The notes below the pieces were generated by a model that saw nothing but the letters and a program-made list of their open reading frames with translations, did not search any database and was not told the DNA's origin. Made by a program: the position numbers and the translations under genes. DNA of 62,576 nucleotides, the filler included, from Sphacelaria rigidula (lineage: Eukaryota), in assembly GCA_964200075.2 (NCBI GenBank). It is 7 parts of 7 records of this genome, joined end to end, with 100 filler letters (N's around TTAATTAATTAA, not from the genome) between each part and the next. Parts side by side here need not be neighbours in the genome. Positions count along the whole stretch, not along the records: positions 8,956 to 17,809 come from CAXNAA020009931.1; positions 17,910 to 26,763 come from CAXNAA020009932.1; 5 more parts are not named here. One strand, given 5' to 3'. Position 1 is the stretch's first letter. Each line of letters begins with the position of its first letter. Of the stretch, positions 10,772 to 21,974 are shown piece after piece.

Positions 10772-11005
10772 TAGGGCCCCCCCCCTCCCCATCGTGCCTT
10801 GTTTGGGGAGGCAAAATCTCCACGTGAAAAGAAATGGGAAAATCCGAGCACAACGAGCAGCTGGGAATTCCCAAGATTGGGTTAGTTCTCGCCAGTGTCG
10901 CCCGTATGAGGCACTTCATGCATCCTAGACCCAAACATCAGGCGCTGTATGTCCATTTTTTTCGTGACACTTTTGGGCTGGTTTTATGGGGGGGAGGGGG
11001 GGGAA
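10772..11005 (+). repeat. Dispersed repeat family A (MITE-like, C-tract/G-tract ends)
   Basis: Core GAGCACAACG.GCAGCTGGGAATTCCCA is shared with 16270-16490; begins with a C-run and ends with a G-run. Confidence 0.65.
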
Positions 11006-11124
11006 CACCTCGTAGAAAGTCCTCTCCCTTTTTCCTTACTTGGTGTGAATGTCTAGGATGCTCGGGCCCGTCGGCCGAGACGACGTCGAAACGAGCGCAT
11101 TTGTTCGTGCTTTTTGGAAACACC

Positions 11125-12202
11125 GAGGATGACTCGTATGCTTGAGGGATTCATTTCGAAAACGACGAGCATAACTCGTATGCCCGAATCACTCGTCTTT
11201 TTCACCAGGAGCAACGACTCGAGTGCTCGAGTAATTCATGTTTCCACCACGAGCAATGACTCGAGTTCTCGAGCTACTTATTTTTTCCATCATGAGAAAC
11301 GACTCGAGTCCTCGAGTCTTTCATTTTCCTCACCACGAGCAATGACTCGATTGCTCGAGTCATTTATTTTCCCACCACGAGCCGTAAGTCTTACGCTCGA
11401 GTCATTTAACTCCTTAGGCACTCATTTTACTCCTTCAATCACGAGCACTGGCTCGTTGACTCGTGTCGTTTACTTTGATATATCATGGGCACAGACTCAT
11501 GTGCTCAAGTCTTTGTTTTTTTCTAATCATGAGGAATGACACGTGTGCCCGCGCTTTTCATTTTTCGATCACGAGCAATGACTCGTGTACTTGAGCTATT
11601 CATGTTTTGAACCCCGAGGATGTTGTTGTTTCTTGTTGTTGGTGGTCGTCGTATTTTTGTTGTCATCGCTGCCCCCTTTCCTTCCTTTCTGAGGCCGTTG
11701 ATTCTGTCTTTTTCTGTTCCTTTCTTCTTTCTTTTTCATTAGTATGTTCTATTTTTGATACTCCTGACCACGGGCTGGATTGTTGCAATCAGGTAATGTG
11801 AGATAATCAATAAAAATAATCAAATGACTCGTGGGCTGGAGTCACCCCTTTGCTCACCACAACCAATGACTCTGGTGCTCGAGACGTTCAATTTTGAACC
11901 ACGAGCTCCGACTCGTGAACAACAGTCGTTTTTCTTTCCCACCACGAGCGATGACTCGCTTGCTTCAGTCATTGTTTTTTAACCACGAGCAATGACTCGT
12001 ATACTCGAGTCCTTTACTGTTTCCTCACGAGCAATGACTCGAGAGGTCTAGCTGTTCATTTCTCTCAACCACGAGCAGTGACTCATTTTCTCGGGTCATT
12101 TTGTTTCAACCAGGAGCAACGATTCATGTGCTGGAGTCATTTATTGCTTCACCACGAGCATTGACTCGTGTACTTCAGTCATTTGTTTTTTCCACCACGA
12201 GC
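11125..12202. repeat. Degenerate ~42-bp minisatellite with palindromic core, two blocks (~11125-11610 and ~11820-12202)
   Basis: About 20 units of CCACGAGCAATGACTCG(A/T)GTGCTCGAGTCATT plus a T-rich linker. Confidence 0.85.
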
Positions 12203-13564
12203 TACTGACTCAGTTTCTGTTCGTCAAGATTCTCAACTGTGAGCTTTATTTTACTATGCGTCGCGCAGGCCAAGGTCCGCTCCGTTGTGAAAGGCCTGCT
12301 CCCTGCTGGCCCGAAACGGATGAGAGCCGGTGAGTCAGTCCGTCGCGCGTGCTCGTAGCACAGGGTTCCGCAGTCATAGATTTCCCATGCGCGCTGCGAC
12401 ACCATGCGCACGCCGAAATTTTCTGATGTGTGAACCCATGTACCCCAGTTTCTCGGCGCAGCCCACACGAGGTAGTCCGTATATTATACTGCTTCGCAAC
12501 CGAACATTGAAAAACGCGAAACGCACTGAGGGTCCACGTTGCCTGCTGGCTCGGACGTCATCTACTCGTCCGTGCTCGTCCCTCGCCATGTTTCAGAGCG
12601 CGCCGTACGCAGTGGCATTGGCTTCAGCCGAAATGTTGCATTGGCCAAGTCTCTAAAAAACAGCGCTGACTCCAACCGTTCTTCCCCACGACAGCGCCGT
12701 GCAAGACGTCAAGGTTGCAGGCTACAAAAAAAGAGATTCCACTACACGTCCAACTACCGCCACATGCACACCTCTAACGGCCGGCGTTGACCCCACCCCC
12801 ACACGGGTTGCTCGAGCGGGATGTACATCGGGCCCGATGGACCACACGACAAGAACCATGACGCTGACTGCAGGTGAAAGTACGCTCGGTTGTCTCAATG
12901 TCTCGAAATTAGTGGCGTGAATGTTCACACCCCTCCGAGTAAGACATATCCCTCCTGACTTTGCACGTGCGTACGCTATCTAACATGACGCTTGAGATCT
13001 TGACTTGCTCTCTGCGAGTCACTCACGAGGTACGCAACGAGGTCATCAACAGGAAAACCTCTACCAGGATCATACCAAATAGTATGTACCACAGAAAGGG
13101 AGGGGTAGCTACGGTCTGCGCAGTTGACATCTTGATCCGCGGACGGTGCTTTTGCAACTTTTTCTTGATGCAAGCGTTTGACCGCTTTGGAAGGGTGGCT
13201 GCAGTCTCCTTGCGTGCGGTACTTAGGCAGGGAAAGACGTGATAAGGCGCGTTGCAGGGGCGGGGGGGGGACGCCGCCGGCAGGGAGTGCCCTCTATCGC
13301 TATCGGTGTCCTCCGGGCAGGAGCGGTGATGCCGTTGAGTGCGCTTGTTGTGGGTGGCAGGTAGTGTGGGTGGTCATGTGGTGCCTGTGATTGGGTGGAC
13401 GTTGTGGATGTCGTTCTCTGTTTCTTGTGCTATTTTTGGAAGTATTTTTGGATTTGTCGTTACACTTCAACACGTCCATGAATATGCCTATTTCCCTGCG
13501 ATTTACACATTTCGATGTTGGTCCACCATCAGCATTCCTGTATAACAAACATTGTTAGTGAGCG

Positions 13565-14683
13565 CCTGGCAAATGAAAGGAATATGACCATCAATTCGCG
13601 CCTCGTGGGGGGATATATTTCACCTGGTCATCACATGACAATCGTCGTAAACCACCGGCTGTCCTTCGAGGACGTCTTCTACTATTCGACCGTGTGAGAT
13701 GAGAATATGTTACCTAGTGAGTTTTCATGTGGTGATCGTCGTATATCGTCGGCACGTGTTTGGGAACGCCGTATTTACTTCCAATAAGCAAATTTGACCC
13801 AGCCATTGACACATGACAGTGGATGTCCACCACCATCGGTTGCTTGGGGAAATTGACTTTGGGTCAACCCTGGCAGATGAACCGGTATGACCCAGTGGTT
13901 ACGCATGATACTCGTTCTCCATCACCAGCACTTGTCCGGGAGCATCATTTTTTCACCCCGGCAGATGAACAAATAACAGCAAGAGACCTTACATATGACA
14001 CTCGTCGTTGACCATGGGCATTGCTCGCGGACATTCACTCAGATCTTGGAAGGTGAAAATATTCTAGGCACAGAGTTTACACGTGACAAGCGTTATCCAG
14101 CCCAGGTGCTCGGTCGGGGACATATTGTATATTTGACTCTGGCGGGTGAAAAAGCATTAGCCGGTGATCTTACGCATGACACACTGGATGTTCATCACCA
14201 TCGATTGCTCGGGAAGATCAATTTTAGTTCGAACCTGGGAAATGAACAGGTATGATCCAGTGGTTACGCATGAAACTCATTCTCCATCACCAGCACTTGT
14301 CCGGGAACATCATTTTTTCACCCTGGCAGATGAAATATTAATAGCAAAAGACCTGACATACGACACTCGTCGTTAACCATGGGCACTTGCTCAGGTACAT
14401 CTATACCCAGACCCTGGAAGGTGAAAATCTGCTGGGCACAGAGTTTCAACGTGACAATCGTTATCCAGCACCAGCACTCGGTCGGGGACATCTTCGGTTT
14501 TTTGGCCCTCTGGCAGATGAAAAAGCAGTAGCCCGTGATCTCACACATGACACAGTGGATGTCCATCACCATCGGTTGCTCGGGGAAATCGTTTTTGGTT
14601 GACCCTGGCAGATGAACAGAAATGATCCAGTGGTTACGCATGATACTCGTTCTCCATCACCAGCACTTGTCCGGGAACATCAT
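13565..14683. repeat. Tandem repeat: ~90-bp diverged monomers in a ~367-bp four-monomer higher-order unit
   Basis: CCAGTGGTTACGCATGA.ACTC.TTCTCCATCACCAGCACTTGTCCGGGA recurs at ~13892, 14257 and 14627. Monomer starts resembling CTGG(C/A)AG(A/G)TGAA recur about every 90 bp. Confidence 0.85.
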
Positions 14684-16269
14684 TGGGAATACCCATCATC
14701 AACCTTCCAACTTTGCACCCTCCCCTCGCACTATTATGTGAATGTTTGGAGGACGAGTCTCCATTATGTGTGTCGAAAAGATCTGAATCATTCAGTCGTG
14801 TGCGAAATTCTTGGCGTAGACACCTGTGATACGAATGGGTTACGTGAAATACATACGCCGCACCCGACGCTGCAATATATGACACCTGGTACACAATATT
14901 TTCGCTGTAGCCTACTTTAGTTGATCCTTCCTGAGGTGCCCCTGTAGACTGGAATGCAAGATACCCCTACACCCGCCGTTGGTGGGAGCATTCCAAGTTT
15001 TAGATATCTTCGAGTGAAAAACAATACCCCACAGAGTCCAACAAGGTGCCAACACCACCAACAAACACGAGTAGTTCCCGATGTCAGTCAAAGGCGTGTA
15101 TAGGCCTCTATCAGTGTTAGATCAAATGCGTATCTGACACACTGGCAAGACTATTTTTCCTCCCGGTTTCATGCGGTAGGTACACGTGGCTATCAAACAT
15201 GCAGAAAACTTCTCCTCGCACTTGTTTGCAGGTTGATTGATCCTCATTTGCTGTTTTCTCGCATGAGATTGATCATCGATATCCTGCTGAAACGGTCCGC
15301 CACATCTCACTGAACGGGTTTTCATATATTGATAGCGTAATCCTAAATGCCCATGTGTTGTGACCATGCCAACACGCTTCGCCAAGGACTTTGCTCTTCG
15401 TTGCCATCTTAGTTGCTGCATCCCTACTTCCCAGCTGGCTGTCCCTCTGCCACCGTTCGCTCTGCTTGTCGCACTGCCTGTGCTGCAGCGATCGACTGTA
15501 GTCACGCTGTGGTTACTGTACTGTACTTATGCACTACCGTGGTGCAGTGCATGAACTTCACAATTAATATCGAAGTTTGTCTCCACCTGCATCGTAGCCT
15601 CGCAACAATGCACAACGTCTGAGCGGCCAGCGGTAATCCAACTGCTATTAGTGTACCAAATACGGTACGTCGCAGTAACGTCGAATTCGGTGCGCCCAAG
15701 GGTCGGTCAAAATAATATTTCGGGACACGTGGAACCCAAGAGCGAAAATTCGAGCTTTTGAGGAAGGGGGGGGGTACACCCAGCCTAGTTTATTGCCCAG
15801 GCGTTGGCGGATGCGGTCAGCTGCCGTGTACAGAGACCCTTGGCATGGAGATCGCCGAGATGACGGACACACAGCCCCTCTAAGCTCACCACCCACCATG
15901 ATTACATTTATGGGATGACGTTCCGTATCGTGTGCCGCCCAGATTACCTAGCACTAGTCCGGGCAAATTTGGCAGGGCGTGAGATAATGTTGCTACTTTG
16001 GCCACAGGCTGTCGCTAGCGTGCGCTCGTGTATCATACATGGATGTGTACGAGCGTTGCCGGCATTCGAGGTCATCGGGACAGGGCGGGCAATAAGGAGC
16101 AGAAGCAAACATACGAACCTTGCAAAGCCCGCCAGACTTTCTGGTTCTTGTTAGTGTTCGTTGATCACTTTATTCCGACAAATGTATGTGAGAAGAAGTC
16201 ATTAATATATAAGAAAAAATCATGACAAGCTTTGCGGAATTTCCCTCCGGGAGGGAACACCTTGTACGA

Positions 16270-16490
16270 AAGCCCCCCCACACACAAAAAAAAAAAGAAG
16301 TGGCTGGTTTGGGGAAGCCAAATCTACACATGAATCAAACTGAAAAAAGCTGAGCACAACGTGCAGCTGGGAATTCCCACTTTCGGGTTCGTTTTCGCCA
16401 ATACCGCCCGTACGAGGCGCCTCAAGCAGCCAGAAACTAGACGTCAGATGCTGTATGGCCATTTTCTTTCCGGCTGGTTTGGGGGGGGTA
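16270..16490 (+). repeat. Dispersed repeat family A
   Basis: Aligns by eye along its length with 10772-11005. Confidence 0.65.
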
Positions 16491-16570
16491 CTCATTTGTT
16501 GCTTGCCTTAGTCATTTGACCATCGACCACGCATCCTTTTCGAGACGGAGCACGCTCCTACTCGTAATAA
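16487..16570 (+). repeat. Dispersed repeat family C
   Basis: GGTACTCATTTGTTGCTTGCCTTAGTC.TT.GACCA..GAC.ACGCATCC also occurs at ~53856-53938. Confidence 0.7.
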
Positions 16571-16689
16571 ATAAACCTCCAACATTTCGGCGCTCATTAC
16601 GTTTCTTCCATACATTTCACAAAAACCTTCTACATATCTTGTCCTCGTCCTGTTTCGCCGTCTCTGGCCACCATCTATATCCTATTATG

Positions 16690-17809
16690 GTATAACCATC
16701 GTTTTCTCCATACTGTCTGATGCATCAAACGATTTCATGCCACCTTCGTTCACGTCTCGCATTTCCCCCTCTAGCACGTCCCGTTCCTCCTTGACTAGTT
16801 CACATTCTGCCACTATAATATGATATCTGCTCTCTATTGCCTTGCCACAGCGACATTCTGTCTATCTACTTCCTCGTCTTTTCGACTACTGGTATATCTC
16901 TTTCTTCCTTTTGGCAGGTCCAGGTCCCCCACCCGAAATCGCAGTTTCATATTTTTCGCAGCGTCCATTGGGCAATGCAAATATGTTTTCATCCCTACCC
17001 CCTCTCCCAACCACCCGTATATCTCCAGGTGCTCTTCCTCGTCTACTTTGTGTATGAGCGCTCCTTTTCCCCTTATTTCGATTATATCTCTTACTTTTGC
17101 CTTGTACCTCGCGTCTTCATCTATGGACAGTATTTCGGCTTGGTTTCCTCCTATCTCCTTCCACACTTTCTCGACTTCTCTTTCCCATTTTACTCCAGCC
17201 TTCCATTTCGTACTTTTCTTCCATACTGCCTTATCAACTGTAGCTGGCAGTCTCTTTCTCAGCATGTTCTTCACGTTACATTGTCATCGCAATTTCCTCA
17301 TGTCTCTGTTCGTTTTAAGTGAGTACATTCCCAAATCTGCTCTCAAAATTGTGTTACTCGTCGTTTTCGAGCATCCTTATATATTCTTAGCTGCTGCCAT
17401 CTGTACTGTTTCCAACCTCTTCACCACCTTCACGTTTCCTATTCATACTTGTCCGGCATATTCCAGCTTTGGTACGATCACATTCATCAGGATATATATC
17501 TTAATCCTAGTGTCTAGGTACGGGTCTCTAAGGATAACGTATATCCTGCCTATCTGTGCCTTACCCTTTTCTATTACTTTATTTATGTGTGCATCCTAAG
17601 AACAGTCTTTTTAGATCTCTACGCCAAGGTATGTATACTAGTCTACGATCGGCGATTCCTCTTCTCCCCACTTCCTCTTGAATTCTACCGGATTTTTCTT
17701 ATCTTCGTTACGGACGATAACCTCGCAATTGTTGACGTTCGCTGTCACTATCCATTTCCCAGTGTATTCTAGCGCCTTGTCTATCTGTGTCTGCAATCCT
17801 TCTGGTGTT
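16690..17809 (-). pseudogene. Non-LTR retrotransposon (LINE) ORF2 3' part: end of RT, thumb and C-terminal region
   Basis: Minus strand reads TPEGLQTQIDKALEY..W....N, YLGV-like motif, I.PKLEYA..V, LETVQMAAAK, LRADLGM, KLRFRVG and a degenerate C-terminal zinc knuckle (..IVAEC). Several stops; cut by the scaffold end. Confidence 0.8.
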
Positions 17810-17909
17810 NNNNNNNNNNNNNNNNNNNNNNNNNNNNNNNNNNNNNNNNNNNNTTAATTAATTAANNNNNNNNNNNNNNNNNNNNNNNNNNNNNNNNNNN
17901 NNNNNNNNN
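17810..17909. other. Artificial scaffold-joining linker
   Basis: N44-TTAATTAATTAA-N44. Confidence 0.97.
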
Positions 17910-17912
17910 GGA

Positions 17913-18175
17913 TTGGGGGGTTTTGTTTTGGTTGACAGGAAAGCAAGGACCATCGGGGTGTTGGAGGATAACAGGGGTGCGATTGCTTCAGCTGAAAATC
18001 CAATAAGCTCGTTGGACAGCAAGCATATAAAAATTCGTCATCCTTTTCTGAGGGAGTTAGTGGACAAAAAGAGGATAATGCTGGAACACGTACGGAATAA
18101 CGAGCAACACGCTGATATTCTGACCAAAAGCGTTACCTCGCGGAGCTTTCGTCCACCATCGAAATTTGTTGTGGG
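17913..18175 (+). pseudogene. Ty1/copia RNase H C-terminal fragment
   Basis: EDNRGAI..AENP....SKHIKIRH.FLRELV.....LEHV....QHADILTK. Confidence 0.9.
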
Positions 18176-18313
18176 GTATTGGGTGAAGCAATATCTATTT
18201 GTGAAGAGTTCTGAGAGTTGATCAAAGAAAACTGCTTGTTGATGTAGCAAATGCCCAAAGGAGGATGTTTGTACATTGGGTAATTCTGCATCCGCAGATA
18301 TCTTTCGGGGGAG

Positions 18314-18692
18314 TGTAAGATATGTTTCTTTGGAAGTCTCCGTAGAAAGGAACGTTATCCAGAACAAGACTGAGAATGTTCCGCGGGACATTTATATGGC
18401 CCGCGGGAGATACTGTAGACTGAAACTATCACGCGGGACATTTATATGGCCCGCGGGAGATACTGTAGACTGAAAATATCACGCGGGACACTTATATGGC
18501 CCGCAGGAGATTGGCTTGATGTGTGGTTCTCGGCATTGTAGGTGGGAGTTGTTGATACCCTCGAAGGTCACTCTCTTTTGTGTCCCGATAATAAAGCATT
18601 TCTTCCCCATTCATTGTGAACAAGCTGCCGGGGCAGGCAGCGATCTCTGGACACACCCCGGGTGCGTGGAAACGTTCTGAGCATAACTCACA
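18314..18692 (+). mobile_element. 3' LTR of the upstream copia fragment
   Basis: Follows purine tract GGGGGAG; bounded by TGTAAG...CTCACA; contains AATAAA and ~2.5 copies of a ~50-bp internal tandem repeat (18382-18510). Confidence 0.65.
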
Positions 18693-18694
18693 GC

Positions 18695-18995
18695 CCTGTA
18701 GGGTAAGGGTATGAGAGGCTTACAGAACTCACCGAAACTGTCGGGTAGGGTATGGAGGTTGCACAGAAAGTCGCACCCGCAATCGGGTATCTTATCAAGA
18801 GCGGCCCCGTGCCTCCCGGTAACGGTTCGGGAGTCTGAGATATCACAGAACTACCGGGTAAGGGTATGAAAGTGTTACAGAGATTACAGAACTGTCGGGT
18901 ACCGGTATGAAAGTATTACACTAGTCACAGAACTGGCGGGTACGGTAAACACCCGATAAAATACCCCGAGTATACAGAAACCCGTACCGTACAGT
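18695..18995. repeat. Short-motif repeat cluster (GGGTA(A)GGGTATG / ACAGAACT)
   Basis: The motifs recur four to six times within 300 bp. Confidence 0.6.
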
Positions 18996-19294
18996 ACACA
19001 ACCTTGGAAATATGGCAGACGTCCTTCGCCGAGAGGTTGCTATTGCCAACTAGGACACGCCACCCAATTGAGGATAAGAAGAATCGAAATCTCGGTGCAC
19101 TGGGCGTTTCATTCTTTTTCGTGGGACTACCAAGATTCCCCCACACCAAAACAAAATCGGGTCCCAGTCGTACGCCTCAGCCACCCTTCATTGATTTCTC
19201 CCACGTGACCCCGAAAGATCGGTTATCGGGATAGTAGTTGGTGGGGCGCATGATGCTTCACCATCGTAAGTAATTGATCGATAAGAACAGCCAT

Positions 19295-19630
19295 ACTTAC
19301 ACGAATCGGAGCGGGTGCGAACGTTTCGCGTTGCGGGGTGTCATGCAGCATGCAGACTTCCATCGTGATATGCTATGATGGTTTCAACCAAACCCAAGTT
19401 CTATTCACACCGGAATCGTTCCCTGTTATCACACCTGTTCAGGCAACAATGGAGAAAACACAGCCTCACTCGCACGAATCGGAGCGGATGCGAGCGTTTC
19501 ATGTTGTGGGGTGTCGTGCACCCCGCAAATCTCCATCGTAAAATTCCATTATGGATTACATCACAACCGAGTTCAGTCTACACCGAAATAGATCCCTGCC
19601 ATGAAACCTGTTCGGGCAACAACGATTGAA
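19295..19630. repeat. Degenerate ~172-bp direct duplication
   Basis: CACGAATCGGAGCGG.TGCGA.CGTTTC occurs at ~19300 and ~19472, and the downstream sequences align. Confidence 0.7.
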
Positions 19631-20164
19631 TAAATGACGGAAGGCGACTAGAGTATCTAGGTAAGTACAACCTTCTCCAAATCCAGCCCGCCTTGTCCTA
19701 GCGGTACCCCCGCGCAGTCATGGACTCTGAACCGAAATCGATCGACATCACACGCGGCATCCCGAGTCGGAGTTGTGCTTCGTCACTTTCTTCACACACA
19801 CGACAGATTACGCCTGCTGATGAGAGCTGAAACGCGCGCATGATGGGAAGGAAGAAGCTCCGTCGCAGGACAGAAGCGTTAATGCCGATATGGGACTCTC
19901 CCGCCCATAAACCGTTCAAGATTCATCATGGGAGGTGTTAATCACCGTCTGATATTAAAAAATGTCGGATCTTTAGCTGCCGTGGTCACGCAGGCTGGTG
20001 CTTCGCTCAGGGAAACGTCATCCCTCTGCACAGCGATAAAATCGTACACGTTGACCTGATGATGTCTATTCGCGTGCCACTCGCCCATGCCGCAATCATC
20101 GCCGTGCGGATGCGGGGGGACATCCCCTTCTCGTAGAAGAGCGTGTCACAACATATGTGGCGGG

Positions 20165-20410
20165 TGTTCATTTGAACAGGTACACTGAGTGAACATGCAC
20201 ACGTGCGGATATAATGATGCGGACGTGCGGGTACTGGTAGTCGAGTGTGTGTGACTAAAGTATCCCGCTCATGGCAGCTCGGTAGCTGCCATGAGCGCTC
20301 ACTCTCTCTCAGCATCTGATCCCTCAGTCATAGGGTCAACTCAGTCTAAGCACTTTCCAATAATACAAAAGATAAAACTATCTACCCTTCGCCACGGGCC
20401 ACGGAATACA
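20165..20410 (+). repeat. Copia 5' LTR
   Basis: TGTTCA...GAATACA; aligns with 26088-26322. Confidence 0.9.
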
Positions 20411-20426
20411 CTAGTGCTACAACCGG

Positions 20427-21947
20427 TTGGGCAGAATAGCACAAGAGGGTAATAGGCCTGCTACAGTTTTCGGTGAGCAGGGTGGTACAGAGGATTTGCG
20501 AGAGGTACCTAGTCAGAGGAGTTCCTTGGCTCAGCTCATCCGTGATATGCAGCTAAGCCAAGCTACATTACAGAGTAACTTGGCTAAGAGAGTAAGAGAG
20601 GCCGGGGGTGCAGAAAACAACGGCGCCCTCGATAGTGACGGTTCCCATAGAGAACGGGGGGAATTCAACATGAATAGGACAGCGGAGCGGCGTGGCGCTG
20701 AAGCTCGACGGGAGCGACGGTACATCAGGAGCCAAGCTGTTCCAGAGGACGGAGCGCGCGACGACATGGACAACGAGGCCACCAGTGATGAAGCCAGGGG
20801 CTTTTTCCCTGCACGTGAGTCACTCCAACTCAACGATACAAGTGGAATTGTGTCAGGGGTTCCCGATTTTCGACAGAACGTCCCCATCGTTTCAGGGAAG
20901 AGCGCTGATTATGCTCGGTACAGGCACGAACTGGTCAACTTTGCAAGGGGCGAAGGAATTGACTGGGTGTTCACCATGGCCGGCAATAGTTCTTACGATG
21001 TAGATTTCGGTAATCCTGAGATAGCGATGGGGTATCTAGAGAACAGACATGGGAAGGACACAGTGGCAGCCGACGTAAGGGCCAGACGAATGCTTGTAGC
21101 GAGTTTAGAAGAAAGGAGGGAGCAAAATACTTTGCTTAGGACCCACTCACCTGCTGCGATGTGGAGAAAATTCGAGGATGTCTTTCGCCCCAAAACAAAT
21201 GGGGCGAGAACCGCTTTGTTGGAAACGTTTGATGCAATCAAGATCGGTGCTCGTGATGATCCAGAGCAGAAGCTGCTCGAGATGGAGGAACTTGCACGTA
21301 ACCTGAACTCGTACGAGGAGCATAAACGACTAGGCGAAAACCACGTTCTCCTGAAATTCCTTAACGCGTTGCCTTTCAAGTATCACATCCAGAAGCAATT
21401 GCTCGAGGATCGAGAGGGACCTCTGACACGGGAGGTTGTGTTGACTTCGATTCGAAAGCGTTTCGAATCAACATCTTTGGAACAGGAACTTGCCCGGGGA
21501 AAGAAGTCATCCCCGGGCGACCAGGCTCTTCTTGCCGGGGGTGGCACCGGAAAACCGAGCGGTCCTCACCGCAATGGAAAACCGGGAAAATCCCAGGGCT
21601 CTGGCCAGAAGAACGGCGGGAGCCAGAGTTCGAGTAGCTCTGGGTCGGCATCGTCGGACGGCAAACCGGCGACTGGGCAGCTGCTCCGCTGCCACGTTTG
21701 CGACGAGAACACGACGCATCGAGCCAGGAACTGCCCGATGAGATACTGCGGGAGGTGCGGCCAGCAGGGGCACACGTTCTGGGACTGCCCGAGATCCACA
21801 GAGAAGAAGGAAGACGCGGTGATGGCTACGGGCACGGCCGATGACAGCGACAGCTCCTCCGTCTATTCGGTGGCGGATGGGGAGGCTTCCACTTCTCTTG
21901 ACACCACCATCATATGGCAACCTCGGCGAGTATGCATTGAGTGTTGA
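20427..21947 (+). CDS. Copia Gag with two zinc knuckles (open 506-aa frame; true start uncertain)
   Basis: UBN2-like region (SPAAMWRKFEDVF, KFLNALPFKY); knuckles CHVCDENTTHRARNC and CGRCGQQGHTFWDC. Confidence 0.85.
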   Translation: MGRIAQEGNRPATVFGEQGGTEDLREVPSQRSSLAQLIRDMQLSQATLQSNLAKRVREAGGAENNGALDSDGSHRERGEFNMNRTAERRGAEARRERRYIRSQAVPEDGARDDMDNEATSDEARGFFPARESLQLNDTSGIVSGVPDFRQNVPIVSGKSADYARYRHELVNFARGEGIDWVFTMAGNSSYDVDFGNPEIAMGYLENRHGKDTVAADVRARRMLVASLEERREQNTLLRTHSPAAMWRKFEDVFRPKTNGARTALLETFDAIKIGARDDPEQKLLEMEELARNLNSYEEHKRLGENHVLLKFLNALPFKYHIQKQLLEDREGPLTREVVLTSIRKRFESTSLEQELARGKKSSPGDQALLAGGGTGKPSGPHRNGKPGKSQGSGQKNGGSQSSSSSGSASSDGKPATGQLLRCHVCDENTTHRARNCPMRYCGRCGQQGHTFWDCPRSTEKKEDAVMATGTADDSDSSSVYSVADGEASTSLDTTIIWQPRRVCIEC

Positions 21948-21974
21948 GTGGGGGGGTGATAGTCAGCAGGGTGA

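Noticed and set aside
11125..12202. CRISPR array
   Set aside because: Repeats are degenerate, linkers are short, T-rich and mutually similar, there are no cas genes, and the context is eukaryotic.
20411..20430. Primer-binding site assignment for the copia
   Set aside because: The sequence after the LTR (CTAGTGCTACAACC) lacks a clean TGG start, and I could not match it to a tRNA by eye.
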